From assembly GCA_900314925.1 (NCBI GenBank), contig OMXC01000005.1, positions 34,346 through 98,345 of the forward strand: DNA of 64,000 nt, written 5' to 3'. Origin of the DNA: an uncultured Bacteroidales bacterium. GTDB lineage: Bacteria > Bacteroidota > Bacteroidia > Bacteroidales > P3. The translations under genes were made by a program, and so were the position numbers. Of this stretch, positions 40,186 to 50,243 are shown piece by piece. The notes under the pieces were generated by a model. The model was not told the DNA's origin and did not search any database. It worked only from the letters and a program-made list of their open reading frames with translations. Numbering within the stretch: position 1 is the stretch's first letter; every line of letters starts with the position of its first letter.

Positions 40186-41451
40186 ATGAAAGTATTTAAG
40201 TTCGGCGGCGCGTCGGTGAACAGCGCCGAAGCCGTGCGCAACATGGCGCACATTGTGCAAACACACATGGAACCAGAGCCTTTGGTGGTCGTTGTGTCGG
40301 CCATGGGCAAGACCACCAACCTGCTGGAGAAGCTGGTGCCCGGTGCACCAACCGACGACACCGCAGCCTTGCGCCGGCAGCTGGAAGACTACCACATGGG
40401 CATAGCCAACATCCTGATACCAAACGACAAGGAACTCGCCGCCAAGGTGCAGGACCTTCTGCGGCAGCTCGACTGTACCATAGACTCCCTCTCCCCCACC
40501 CCCGAGAGCTACAGCTACAACTACGACCAGGTGGTCTCCTACGGCGAGCTCATCTCCACAACCATCCTGGCGCACTACCTCAACCACCTTGGAACAAAGA
40601 CCTTATGGGCCGACGCCCGTCAGCTGATATGCACAGACAACCACTACCGCGAGGGGCGTGTGGATTGGGCAGCCACCGGGGAGAGAACCCGGGGCCTCGT
40701 CGCGTCGACAGACAAATCCTGCCAGGTCATCCTGACGCAGGGCTTCATCGGCGGCACCCCCGACGGCCACACCACCACCCTGGGGCGCGAGGGCTCCGAC
40801 TACTCGGCCAGCATCCTTGCCTACTGCCTTGGCGCCGAAAGCATCACCATCTGGAAAGACGTGCCGGGCTTCCTCAACGCCGACCCCAAGTTCTTCAGCG
40901 ACACGGTGAAGATCAACGAGATACCCTATGACGAGGCAATAGAGCTTGCCTACTACGGCGCCTCGGTCATCCATCCCAAGACCGTCAAGCCCATACAGAA
41001 CATGGGCATACCGCTCTACATACGCTCGTTCATCACCCCCGACGCAGCAGGCTCCTCCATAGGCAACTACCATACTATCAGCCCGGAGACCCCCCTCTAC
41101 ATCTTCCGCAACAACCAGATACTCCTCTCCATATATCCGCGCGACTACTCCTTCATCGCCGAAGACAACCTGCAGGTCATCTTCGGGATGCTCAACGACC
41201 TTGGTATCAGGGTGAACCTCATGCAGAACTCGGCCCTGAGCTTCTCCATCTGCGTAGACAACAACCCGCAGCTCACCAGCCGCCTCATCGAGCGCTTAAA
41301 AGACATGTTCCGTGTACGTTACAACGACAACCTGCAGCTCATCACCATCCGCTACTACACGCAGCCTGTCATCGACAGCATCGTCGCCGGCCGCCCCATA
41401 CTCCTCGAGCAGCGCAGCCGCCTGACGGAGCAGCTTATCGTGCCAGCTTGA
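40186..41451 (+). CDS. lysC: Aspartate kinase
   Basis: 421 aa with N-terminal KFGGASV and VVVSAMGKTT, and C-terminal ACT-like repeats. Confidence 0.9.
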   Translation: MKVFKFGGASVNSAEAVRNMAHIVQTHMEPEPLVVVVSAMGKTTNLLEKLVPGAPTDDTAALRRQLEDYHMGIANILIPNDKELAAKVQDLLRQLDCTIDSLSPTPESYSYNYDQVVSYGELISTTILAHYLNHLGTKTLWADARQLICTDNHYREGRVDWAATGERTRGLVASTDKSCQVILTQGFIGGTPDGHTTTLGREGSDYSASILAYCLGAESITIWKDVPGFLNADPKFFSDTVKINEIPYDEAIELAYYGASVIHPKTVKPIQNMGIPLYIRSFITPDAAGSSIGNYHTISPETPLYIFRNNQILLSIYPRDYSFIAEDNLQVIFGMLNDLGIRVNLMQNSALSFSICVDNNPQLTSRLIERLKDMFRVRYNDNLQLITIRYYTQPVIDSIVAGRPILLEQRSRLTEQLIVPA

Positions 41452-42472
41452 GGAACGCGTCGCGTACCTCGTTGTCGCCGACCGTGACGTCGATGACCGC
41501 GGCACCAAGCTCCTTCATCAATACACACCGCAGCCCCTCTGCGGTGTTTTTCTTGTCCTGGTGCATCAAGGGCAGCATCTGCTCTATGTCCTTCAATCCA
41601 TAAGCGGGCATCTGACGGCCGATGGCGGAAAGCTGAGCTTTAAGCCACTGGGAATATGCGTTGTATATCCCCTCCGACAGACCTATTTTCTGCACCGAGA
41701 GATACATGGCCACCTTCATCCCGATGCCGACCGCGACCCCGTGGGGCAGGTCGGAAAACAGCTCGACGGCGTGGCCGAAGGTATGTCCGAAGTTCAGTAT
41801 ACGTCTGATTCCATGGTCGTAAGGGTCGGCTTTGACGACACGTGCCTTCAGCTGCGCCACCGCCATGATGTCATCCTTGCCGATTGTATTGTCCGCCATC
41901 AGGCGAGCGTACAGCTGCGCATCGCAGACGGCGGCGGTCTTGACCATCTCCATCAGCCCGTTGACAAGCTCCGGCTGCGGGAGCGTGGAGAGGAACGAAG
42001 GCTCGATGACCGTGAGCTCGGCGGGATAGAAATGGCCGATGCTGTTCTTCACGCCGCCGAAGTCTATGGCCGTCTTGCCACCGATGGCGGCATCGACCAT
42101 GGCGAGGAGCGACGTAGGCACGTTGATATGGCGGATGCCGCGCTTGTAGCCGGCGGCCACGAAGCCGCCGAGGTCGCACACCGCGCCGCCGCCGAGGCAC
42201 ACCAGCACCGCCTGCCGGTCGGAACCCGACTCGAGCAGCGTCTGCCACACCTGCGCGGCCACCTCGAGGCTCTTGCACTCCTCGCCCACCGGTACCTCGA
42301 CAAAATCGGCCTCCTGGAACGCATCGACTTTCGACACGAGTGTCGGCAGGCAGTTTTCAAAAGTGTTCTCGTCGAGCAAGACAGTGTAGCGCGCATCGTG
42401 CCACGCTTCTCTACGCAGCATGCGGTTCAGCGACACAAGTCCGCCAAAAAATAATTTCCCTTGTTTCATCAT
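41435..42472 (-). CDS. aroB: 3-dehydroquinate synthase
   Basis: 345 aa with GGGAVCDLGGFVAA..KRGI..INVPTSLLAMVDAAIGGKT and the metal-binding HTFGHA. Convergent 17-nt overlap with lysC. Confidence 0.9.
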   Translation of the reverse strand: MMKQGKLFFGGLVSLNRMLRREAWHDARYTVLLDENTFENCLPTLVSKVDAFQEADFVEVPVGEECKSLEVAAQVWQTLLESGSDRQAVLVCLGGGAVCDLGGFVAAGYKRGIRHINVPTSLLAMVDAAIGGKTAIDFGGVKNSIGHFYPAELTVIEPSFLSTLPQPELVNGLMEMVKTAAVCDAQLYARLMADNTIGKDDIMAVAQLKARVVKADPYDHGIRRILNFGHTFGHAVELFSDLPHGVAVGIGMKVAMYLSVQKIGLSEGIYNAYSQWLKAQLSAIGRQMPAYGLKDIEQMLPLMHQDKKNTAEGLRCVLMKELGAAVIDVTVGDNEVRDAFLKLAR

Positions 42473-42910
42473 GCCATCAATAACGCAGATTCGTAACTTT
42501 TATTGCGGACCTGCGTCCCTCCCGGAGAAGCACCCCCACGGCAGATCAAGCGGCAACCGCCCCACGCCAACTTGACGCAAAATGGAATTATCAAATTATT
42601 TCGACCTGCATTACAATTTACTTTCTCTTACAAAAAAAAGTATATATAAAGCGAAAGTAAACAGCGAATAAAGTGATAATAAAGTGCAAGTAAGAAGATA
42701 GAGTATATAAAGGGCTGATAAACTGCGGATTGTTGGAGGTGTAAAAGTGCGGTTTTTCGGAAACAGGAAAGAGCGGTTGAGGTGTAATTCCGCCAAGAGG
42801 CAAGGGGGTGCTACGGAGAGTGTTAGAGGCTCTATCTTCTTCCATTGCTCTTCTTTCTGTCTTCAATAAAAATTTATGTGTTGACACAATATAAGACGCA
42901 GGGGCGCGTT

Positions 42911-43738
42911 ATGGGGGAAAAGGAAAAAGAGACCGGTATGGGCAAAGTTTACCAAGGAGTGCTGGGTGGATTCAGCGGAAAACTGGGCATGGTGGTCGGC
43001 TACACATGGCGCGGACGCCCCTGCATCCGCGTCTACCGGCACGCCATAAACTACCCGAACACGGAGCTGCAGCAGAAGCAGCGCGACTGGTTCGTGAGCA
43101 TGGTGCGCTTCGCGGCGCAAGCCAACGGGGCCCTGCGGCTGGGCTTCCGCCAGCAATCGCTCGACGCGCAGATGACCGAAGGCAACTACTTCGTGATGAA
43201 GAACAAGCAGCACTTCCACCGCGAGGAGGGAGTGGTGCGGGTCGACTATGGGCAGCTGAAAATAGCCGCCGGCTCGGCCGCCGATGTATACTTCAAGCAG
43301 CCACGCTTCGAGCAGGACGAGACGGTGAGGGTTGGTTTCGAGAAGAATAGCATGTCGCTACATGCTTCCGGCGACGACAGCGTGTACCTTTATATATATG
43401 CACCCGGCCTCGGCGCCGGCATCCTGTCGGCGGCGGCGACCCGACGCAGCAAGCAGGTGGCCCTGCGGCTCCCCACGGCATGGGCGGGCCACGAGGTTCA
43501 CATCTACGGCTTTGTCGTCGACAAAGAGGGGCGGGCGTCGAACTCGACGTACATCGGTATGGGACGCGTGAGCCACTATGAGGAGCGCGGTCGCTACATG
43601 CCCGTCGACAGCCAATGGCAGGAGTTTGTAGACCTCGCCGAGAGCAGCAACAAGACGCCGGAGCCGAAAGCCGCGACGACGACCGCCGACGGCGGCGGCA
43701 GGGCGAAAGAAGGTGACGACCCGCCGGGAATTCCGTGA
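42911..43738 (+). CDS. Conserved hypothetical protein (possibly DUF6266-like)
   Basis: ORF starting at MGEKEKE (alternative start MGKVYQG at 38). The N-terminal GVLGGFSGKLGMVVGYTWRGRP resembles a Bacteroidota family I only partly recall, so the family name is tentative. Confidence 0.5.
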   Translation: MGEKEKETGMGKVYQGVLGGFSGKLGMVVGYTWRGRPCIRVYRHAINYPNTELQQKQRDWFVSMVRFAAQANGALRLGFRQQSLDAQMTEGNYFVMKNKQHFHREEGVVRVDYGQLKIAAGSAADVYFKQPRFEQDETVRVGFEKNSMSLHASGDDSVYLYIYAPGLGAGILSAAATRRSKQVALRLPTAWAGHEVHIYGFVVDKEGRASNSTYIGMGRVSHYEERGRYMPVDSQWQEFVDLAESSNKTPEPKAATTTADGGGRAKEGDDPPGIP

Positions 43739-43886
43739 CCGGAGGGGTCAAAAAAGGCCCGACAGACGGCAGTTTTTTACTAAAAGAGGGCGCAACCAAT
43801 CGTTGGCGGCACGCAGAATCGATGTCGCTATAGTGCTGTATACCTGACTGATGCGTGCCGCGCAAGAAACTTTTTTTATATTTTTC

Positions 43887-43917
43887 TTTGCCGTATTGGA
43901 AAAAAGTAGTACTTTTG
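43887..43917 (+). promoter_or_regulatory. Bacteroidota promoter (-33 TTTG / -7 TACTTTTG) upstream of tRNA-Lys
   Basis: TTTG lies at 43887-43890 and TACTTTTG at 43910-43917, with a 19-nt spacer. The tRNA starts about 39 nt downstream. Confidence 0.6.
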
Positions 43918-43955
43918 CAAACTCTTTCAAAGGGAGAGAACAGTGTCGAAAGACT

Positions 43956-44031
43956 GACTCAGTAGCTCAGCAGGTAGAGCACAACACTTTTAATGTTGGG
44001 GTCCTGGGTTCGAGCCCCAGCTGGGTCACCA
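43956..44031 (+). tRNA. tRNA-Lys (anticodon TTT)
   Basis: GACTCAGTAGCTCAGCAGGTAGAGC..CAACACTTTTAATGTTG..GGTTCGAGCCCC..CTGGGTCACCA. Cloverleaf with encoded CCA. Confidence 0.92.
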
Positions 44032-44040
44032 AACAACAAG

Positions 44041-44067
44041 AACCGGATGCAAGATTCCGGTTTTTTT
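44041..44067 (+). terminator. Rho-independent terminator after tRNA-Lys
   Basis: AACCGGA-tgcaaga-TTCCGGTT followed by TTTTT. It ends 3 nt before the next ATG. Confidence 0.75.
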
Positions 44068-44069
44068 GT

Positions 44070-45893
44070 ATGAAAAAACACCGTATAATACTGGTAGCAT
44101 GTTTGTTGGCATCATGCATGGGTGCCCCGCGCGCCGTTGCCCAGGAAAGCCAGGAGCAGACGGCGGCCTACTACTACGACCACGGAGAATACGAGCAGGC
44201 GGCGCAGCTCTACGAGAGCCTGTACAAGCGCACATCGCAGAAATACTACTATCAGCGGCTGCTGTCAACGTACATGGAATTAGGGGAATACCGCGATGCC
44301 CTGAAACTTGTGGAGCGCAGGCAGAAAAACAACCCCAAGGACCTTTACCTGTATGTTGACGAGGGCAGCGTGCACCTGAAGCAGAAAGAGGAGAAGAAGG
44401 CGCAGAAATGCTTCGACAAGGCCATCGAGAAGCTCACGTCCAACCTACAACCCGTAGCCGACCTGGCCATGGCCTTCGTCAATGCCGGACGGCCCGACTA
44501 TGCGGCACGCACATACCTGAAAGCGAGGGAGAAGACTGGCAACAGGATGCTGTACTTCAACGAACTGGTAGGCGTATACCAGACCATGGGCGACTACGGC
44601 GCGATGACGGCCGAATACTTTGACCTGCTGGATCACCAGCCGGGGATGATGAACTCGGTTCAGGTGTCGATGCAACGGACATTGAGCGAAGCCCCCGACG
44701 GCAAGCTGGCGGCAGGTGTAAAACGCGAGTTGGTGAACCGCGTTCGCGAACATCCCGACAACAGGACGTACCTTGAGATGATGATATGGTTTGCGCTGCA
44801 GCAGAAGGATTTCGCCTTCGCGCTGGAGCAGGCCGAGGCTGTGGACGCACGTTTCCCCGACAAGGGGGGGCAGCAGACGCTGCGGGTGGCCAAGATAGCG
44901 CAAAGCAACGGTGCCCTCGAGGTCGCTGCCGAAGGGTACCGCCAGATACAGACACTCGGCAAAGAGAGCGCCCACTACTTCGAAGCACGCGTGGGCGAGC
45001 TGGAGGTGGAGTTCGCAAGGATCAACCACAACTACCGTATCGAAGAGCGGGAGATGGCGGCGCTACGCCAGAAATACACAACGGCTTTTGAAGAACTTGG
45101 CAAGAACGAGAGGACCGTCACCCTGATGCGCAACTACGCCACCCTGACAGGTTACCATGGCGGCGACGCCCAGGCGGCCGCCGACATCCTGGACGATATA
45201 CTTGAGATGCCGCGGCTGAAGAAGCAGGTGCGCGACGAAGTGAAGCTCGAACTGGGCGACCTGCTGCTCTTCGCCGGCGAGGTATGGGACGCTTCGCTGC
45301 TTTACATGCAGGTGGAGAAAGCCAACACCAACGACGTGCTCGGCGCCATGGCCAAATACAAAAACGCCAAGCTGTCCTATTACAACCACGACTTCAAATG
45401 GGCCAACTCGCAGCTCAAGGTGCTGAGGGCGTCGACAAGCAAGCTTGTGGCCAACGACGCCATGGAGCTGTCGCTGCTGATCTCGGACAACATGGAGGAC
45501 GACAGCACCTACTCGACCTTGGAGACCTTCGCCGACGCCGACCTGCTGCTCTACCGCGGCATGCTTGACTCGGCATGGGCCGGCTACACCGACATAGAGA
45601 CACACAACCTGTCGCATCCGCTGCTCGACGAGGTGCTGATGAGGAAAGCACAGATACGGATGAAACAAGCCCGCTACGCGGAGGCCGACTCGCTGCTGCA
45701 GAAGGTGGTGGACTTCTACCCTTACGACATCACGGCCGACGACGCGCTGATGATGATGGCCGAACTGAACGAGGATAAACTGGACAACAAGGCAAAAGCA
45801 GTTGAATGCTATGAAAAACTGCTGCTCGACTACCCCAACAGCCTATATGCCGACAACGCACGCAAAAGATATAACGCACTGAAGACAAGATGA
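44070..45893 (+). CDS. Tetratricopeptide-repeat (TPR) protein, secreted/lipoprotein
   Basis: I place the start at MKKHRIILVACLLASC (lipobox-like). Repeated TPR-like helices (YEQAAQLYESLY, YRDALKLVE etc.) follow. The upstream part of the tracked ORF reads through the tRNA and was discarded. Confidence 0.75.
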   Translation: MKKHRIILVACLLASCMGAPRAVAQESQEQTAAYYYDHGEYEQAAQLYESLYKRTSQKYYYQRLLSTYMELGEYRDALKLVERRQKNNPKDLYLYVDEGSVHLKQKEEKKAQKCFDKAIEKLTSNLQPVADLAMAFVNAGRPDYAARTYLKAREKTGNRMLYFNELVGVYQTMGDYGAMTAEYFDLLDHQPGMMNSVQVSMQRTLSEAPDGKLAAGVKRELVNRVREHPDNRTYLEMMIWFALQQKDFAFALEQAEAVDARFPDKGGQQTLRVAKIAQSNGALEVAAEGYRQIQTLGKESAHYFEARVGELEVEFARINHNYRIEEREMAALRQKYTTAFEELGKNERTVTLMRNYATLTGYHGGDAQAAADILDDILEMPRLKKQVRDEVKLELGDLLLFAGEVWDASLLYMQVEKANTNDVLGAMAKYKNAKLSYYNHDFKWANSQLKVLRASTSKLVANDAMELSLLISDNMEDDSTYSTLETFADADLLLYRGMLDSAWAGYTDIETHNLSHPLLDEVLMRKAQIRMKQARYAEADSLLQKVVDFYPYDITADDALMMMAELNEDKLDNKAKAVECYEKLLLDYPNSLYADNARKRYNALKTR

Positions 45894-46657
45894 CTGAAGT
45901 AAAAGCGAAGAAGTTCCTCGGGCAACATTTCCTCACCGACGAGAGGATAGCCGAGCGGATTGTGGAAAGCCTTTCGACAGAGACCAACCACGTACTGGAA
46001 ATAGGTCCCGGGATGGGCGTACTGACGAAGTATCTGATAAAAAAAGACGAACTTGACTTCCATGTGGTTGAGATCGACCGCGAGAGCGTGGCATACCTGC
46101 ACGACCACTACCCCACCCTCGACGTGATTGAGGGCGACTTCCTTCAATATGACCTTACGTCCTTGTTCCATGATACTTTCAGCATCATTGGCAACTTCCC
46201 CTACAACATTTCCTCACAAATACTGTTCAAGGTGTTTGACAACCGCGACAGAGTGAGCGAGGTGGTGGGGATGTTCCAGAAAGAAGTGGCGGAACGCGTG
46301 GCTGCAGGTCCCGGAAGCAAGACATACGGCATCCTTTCTGTCTTGCTATCAGCATTCTACAACACAAAATATCTATTTACGGTAAATGAGAACGTCTTTA
46401 ACCCACCTCCTAAAGTGAAATCGGCCGTGATAAGGCTAAGGCGCAATGACGTAAAGAGCTTGGAATGTGATGAGAAGCTGTTTGTCCAGGTTGTGAAAGC
46501 CGGATTCAACCAACGCCGCAAGACCCTGCGCAACGCACTGAGACAGCTTAATCTGCCGCTCGACAGAATAAGTGAAGAAACACTGGCGAAACGCGCTGAA
46601 CAGCTTTCAGTAGCGCAATTCATTGAAATCACAAAAACCATAGAATCATGTCTATAG
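45890..46657 (+). CDS. rsmA: 16S rRNA (adenine1518/1519-N6)-dimethyltransferase
   Basis: 255 aa with KKFLGQHFL, EIGPGMG and the NFPYNISS motif. Confidence 0.93.
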   Translation: MTEVKAKKFLGQHFLTDERIAERIVESLSTETNHVLEIGPGMGVLTKYLIKKDELDFHVVEIDRESVAYLHDHYPTLDVIEGDFLQYDLTSLFHDTFSIIGNFPYNISSQILFKVFDNRDRVSEVVGMFQKEVAERVAAGPGSKTYGILSVLLSAFYNTKYLFTVNENVFNPPPKVKSAVIRLRRNDVKSLECDEKLFVQVVKAGFNQRRKTLRNALRQLNLPLDRISEETLAKRAEQLSVAQFIEITKTIESCL

Positions 46658-47226
46658 CAACATACATCGTTCTCTCTATCGCCTTCGCCATCGCCACAAT
46701 GCTTCTTATGCGCCGATGCGCCGAGACGACGCCCGTCAAACTGACGAAAGGCATTGCAATCATGTTGGTTACGGCACTCATCTACGTCATACTGTTTGTC
46801 ATAGGCATGTCATTGGGCGACATGCTACGCTTCGAGGGCGCCGACGCGCCGGAACTGTATGCGCGCACTAATGCGTACATCTTTCTCGGTCTGACGCTCT
46901 TCGTGGCTTTGAGAATGCTTCTGCCATACCTGAAACGCAATCCACAGTTGCCGATATTTGACCTGCGGAAATGGGGCGGTGTGGCAGCAATGTCTGTTGC
47001 CAGCGGCATAAATGTGATGCTTGTCGGGCTCGGGCTCGGTTTTGTGACGCCACTCACCGGACATATACATTGGGCAATCTGGCCTCTGTTCATCAGCACA
47101 ACTCTAATGGGCTACATGGGCATAATGTTCGGACGCCAAAAAGTGACGATGCGTCCTCGCCGCTGGATGATAATAGCATGCATCCTGCTGCTGGGCTGCG
47201 GCATCGCCGCGGTGGTCAATTCATGA
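46648..47226 (+). CDS. Hypothetical multi-pass membrane protein
   Basis: 192 aa with about 6 hydrophobic segments. Overlaps the rsmA stop. Confidence 0.55.
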   Translation: MSIATYIVLSIAFAIATMLLMRRCAETTPVKLTKGIAIMLVTALIYVILFVIGMSLGDMLRFEGADAPELYARTNAYIFLGLTLFVALRMLLPYLKRNPQLPIFDLRKWGGVAAMSVASGINVMLVGLGLGFVTPLTGHIHWAIWPLFISTTLMGYMGIMFGRQKVTMRPRRWMIIACILLLGCGIAAVVNS

Positions 47227-47242
47227 CCGATAAACCATACTT

Positions 47243-49066
47243 TCAGTCAATTGCGTAGATACGCATAAGACATTCCGAACAGTCGAATTCAAGACGGAAA
47301 CGATGGTCGTTGTTGCGTAAAACCAAGGAATCAGAGGCTTTTAGCGAGACTTTGGGCTTACCCTTGCACTTACCCTTCAGACAACAGCCTAATTCATAAC
47401 GAAGGCAGTACTTTGTTGTCATCAAGGCTTTGCCCGTGTAATCCAACGTTTGTTCGACTCCACGCTCTATTTTCTTTACTCCATGATGTTTATAGAATGT
47501 CTCAGCCTTCGCGTTAACCACATTGGCTCTATAGTCAAGAGACTCTTCATAATACGTCGCATCACCGCGAATCAACGGGCAATCTGCCGGGCGGAAATAG
47601 CTCATTCTGCGCTCAGAGAGAGCCACTAAAGCATCTCTGCGCAACTGATTGAGCGACGACGCATGAACAAAGAATGCACCATCCGTCTTGTCAATAACAT
47701 CAGAAACGGAGAACGGAGTGTCCCCCGTCTTGGACAACTGCTTTACTATAAGGGCTTTCGCCTTTACCGAATCGTTAGATGGCGTATGCTCGCATGCAAG
47801 GAAGGACGATGCCGAAAGGCCGTCAGCATCCTTGACGTCTAATGCGAAACCACCATCCGTGCTTATAAAACACATATTGACAGGGATTTTACGCTCTGCC
47901 GTCTTCCCTTGAAGAATCTTTTCAAAGCGTTGGTCGTTGTTACGCCAAAGTATGGTGCCCGCACTGATATCCAGCATCTTGTTGGGAATGACAAACTGGC
48001 CATTCACAGCATTGACCAAGAACCCCTGCATTCGGCCGTCAGCACCGATGAAACAGAGTCCGTCTCCATTGGCGAAGACCTCGCTGCCGTCAATCTCCAA
48101 AGCATTACCACGAACAGATTTAACCTTGCCAACATACTTGCCACGAGACTTCTGCGTCTCGAACGAAGCCATTGGCTTTCTGCCGGTAAGAAAATAATCG
48201 GTATACCCACGATTAAATGTGCGATCAAGGTCGGGCGTGAAAAAGAAAGTGCATCGCCCAGAAGAAGATGCCTCATGGCCATTCATCATACTATCAAGCA
48301 ACTGCCTATAAAAGGCCGTCACATTCTTCACATACGACAGATCTTTAAGCCTTCCCTCTATCTTGAACGAGTTGACACCAGCATCTATCATAGAACAAAG
48401 GTGTTGTGAAGCATTGAAATCACGTAACGAGAGCAAATGGCGGTCTTTTATCAATAGACGGCCGGAACCGTCACAGAGGTCGTATGACGAACGACAAGGC
48501 TGAGAACAGCAACCCCTGTTGCCGCTGCGCCCATTAAGGTACTGGCTCATATAGCATTGCCCACTATAACTGACACAGAGGGCGCCATGCACAAAAGCCT
48601 CGAGGTCGACGGAGGTGGCAGCACGAACCTGCCGCATCTGCTCCAGAGACGTCTCTCGAGCCAGAACAACACGACTGAAACCAACTTGTTCCAAGAACTT
48701 TATACGCTCGACACCGGCATTGTGACATTGCGTGCTGGCGTGCAACTCAATAGGCGGGAGGTTGCATTCCAGAAGCCCCAAATCCTGGATGATCAAGGCG
48801 TCAACGCCTATGTCGTAAAGGCGGTATATCATCTTTACGGCATCATCCAACTCATTATCGAACAAGATGGTGTTTACTGTAGCAAATACCTTTGCGCCAT
48901 ATAAATGGGCATACTTTACCAACTCATCCAAATCCTCAACGGTATTTGTTGCGGCGGCACGCGCACCAAAAGCCGGTGCACCAACATACAGCGCATCGGC
49001 GCCATGATTGACGGCCTCTTTGCCAAACGCAGCATTCTTTGCCGGAGCCAGAAGTTCGAGCCTCAT
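47243..49066 (-). CDS. Peptidase U32 family protein
   Basis: I place the start at MRLELLAPAKN. ADALYVG...FGARA...VNTILFD..L and IIQDLG are typical of the U32 family. Earlier in-frame ATGs up to 49156 are possible. Confidence 0.8.
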   Translation of the reverse strand: MRLELLAPAKNAAFGKEAVNHGADALYVGAPAFGARAAATNTVEDLDELVKYAHLYGAKVFATVNTILFDNELDDAVKMIYRLYDIGVDALIIQDLGLLECNLPPIELHASTQCHNAGVERIKFLEQVGFSRVVLARETSLEQMRQVRAATSVDLEAFVHGALCVSYSGQCYMSQYLNGRSGNRGCCSQPCRSSYDLCDGSGRLLIKDRHLLSLRDFNASQHLCSMIDAGVNSFKIEGRLKDLSYVKNVTAFYRQLLDSMMNGHEASSSGRCTFFFTPDLDRTFNRGYTDYFLTGRKPMASFETQKSRGKYVGKVKSVRGNALEIDGSEVFANGDGLCFIGADGRMQGFLVNAVNGQFVIPNKMLDISAGTILWRNNDQRFEKILQGKTAERKIPVNMCFISTDGGFALDVKDADGLSASSFLACEHTPSNDSVKAKALIVKQLSKTGDTPFSVSDVIDKTDGAFFVHASSLNQLRRDALVALSERRMSYFRPADCPLIRGDATYYEESLDYRANVVNAKAETFYKHHGVKKIERGVEQTLDYTGKALMTTKYCLRYELGCCLKGKCKGKPKVSLKASDSLVLRNNDHRFRLEFDCSECLMRIYAID

Positions 49067-49134
49067 AACAAGTTGTCGTTTTGCATAATAACGCATAAAA
49101 GACATAAATATTTTGCCGTATATGTTTTTATTTG

Positions 49135-49142
49135 TATCTTTG
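49135..49142 (+). promoter_or_regulatory. -7 promoter box (TATCTTTG)
   Basis: ttgTATCTTTGcaca lies 20 nt upstream of the ATG at 49162. Confidence 0.55.
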
Positions 49143-49161
49143 CACATAAAACACACACACT

Positions 49162-49575
49162 ATGAATCTGACAATAAACATCAAACAGGGCCTCGGTGAC
49201 GTACGGTTCAACATGCCCGTCGAAGAGGTTGTGGCGCTTCTTGGTAACGCCGACGAGGTGGAGAACATCGACAATGCCGCCGACGAACCAACCACAGTAT
49301 TACGATACAACAACCATGGAATCACGCTCTTCTTTGAAGGAGAGAACCCTGTTCTTGCATGCATAGATGTTAGCAACGAAGAATGCACACTCTTCGACAA
49401 ACGCATCTTCAACATGAACGAGAGGCAGCTGGTAGAGCTCATGGTTGCCAACAAATACTTGGAGCAAGATGTGGACGAGGAAGAATGGGGCGAGCGTCGC
49501 GTCAGTTTCCCCGAAGGCAATATAGACTTCTTCTTCGACGAAGGCGAACTTGTATCAATCATTATAGGACAATGA
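49162..49575 (+). CDS. Hypothetical protein
   Basis: 137-aa acidic ORF with a -7 box upstream. Its stop overlaps the next start (ATGA). Confidence 0.55.
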   Translation: MNLTINIKQGLGDVRFNMPVEEVVALLGNADEVENIDNAADEPTTVLRYNNHGITLFFEGENPVLACIDVSNEECTLFDKRIFNMNERQLVELMVANKYLEQDVDEEEWGERRVSFPEGNIDFFFDEGELVSIIIGQ

Positions 49576-50180
49576 AAGCCCTGTTCAGCGCAGCTTATTT
49601 CCCACCGATTGCCTGGATAGCAGCAGCTCGCCGGTATGACACAATAATCATAGAAGCCAAAGAGACCTATCCCAAACAGACCTACCGCAACCGAACGGAG
49701 ATAATGACCGCAGGGGGCATCCGCGAGCTGACAGTACCAGTTATACGAAACAACCACAGCCGAACCGATGAGGTACGCATCGACTACCGTGACCGATGGA
49801 GCACCATTCACATGCGGACACTTACTGCCGCCTATAGCGCATCACCATATTTCCAATACTATAGCGACGAGATAGAGCATATACTTGGCAGCAAATACGC
49901 AACGCTGTTAGAGCTGGACATCGCCACGATACAATGGCTATTGAAAAAATACAAAATAAAATGCAGGGTAGAACTCACGTCCGACTGGGCTGCACCAGCG
50001 AGCGAACAGCATGACTTCAGATATACGTTTACGCCCAAACGCCCCTACCCTACCGATAGCTTCAAGCCATACTACCAAGTGTTCAGCGACCGCATCCCCT
50101 TCACACCAAACCTCAGCGCCATCGATTTGCTCATGAACCTTGGCCCAGAGGCGAAAGACTACATTGAAAGTATAGCTTAA
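49572..50180 (+). CDS. WbqC-like family protein
   Basis: I place the start at MKALFSAAYFPPIAWIAAA. ETYPKQTYRNRTEI is the characteristic WbqC motif. Confidence 0.75.
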   Translation: MKALFSAAYFPPIAWIAAARRYDTIIIEAKETYPKQTYRNRTEIMTAGGIRELTVPVIRNNHSRTDEVRIDYRDRWSTIHMRTLTAAYSASPYFQYYSDEIEHILGSKYATLLELDIATIQWLLKKYKIKCRVELTSDWAAPASEQHDFRYTFTPKRPYPTDSFKPYYQVFSDRIPFTPNLSAIDLLMNLGPEAKDYIESIA

Positions 50181-50243
50181 GCGCAGAATAAACCGAGGAA
50201 CAGCCCTCCCGTTTCACGCGAAACGGAAGGGCTACTTCGTTTA

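Noticed and set aside
46648-47226. Assigning the 192-aa membrane protein to the MntP manganese exporter family.
   Set aside because: I could not find the characteristic acidic DAF-type motifs. It is left as a hypothetical membrane protein.
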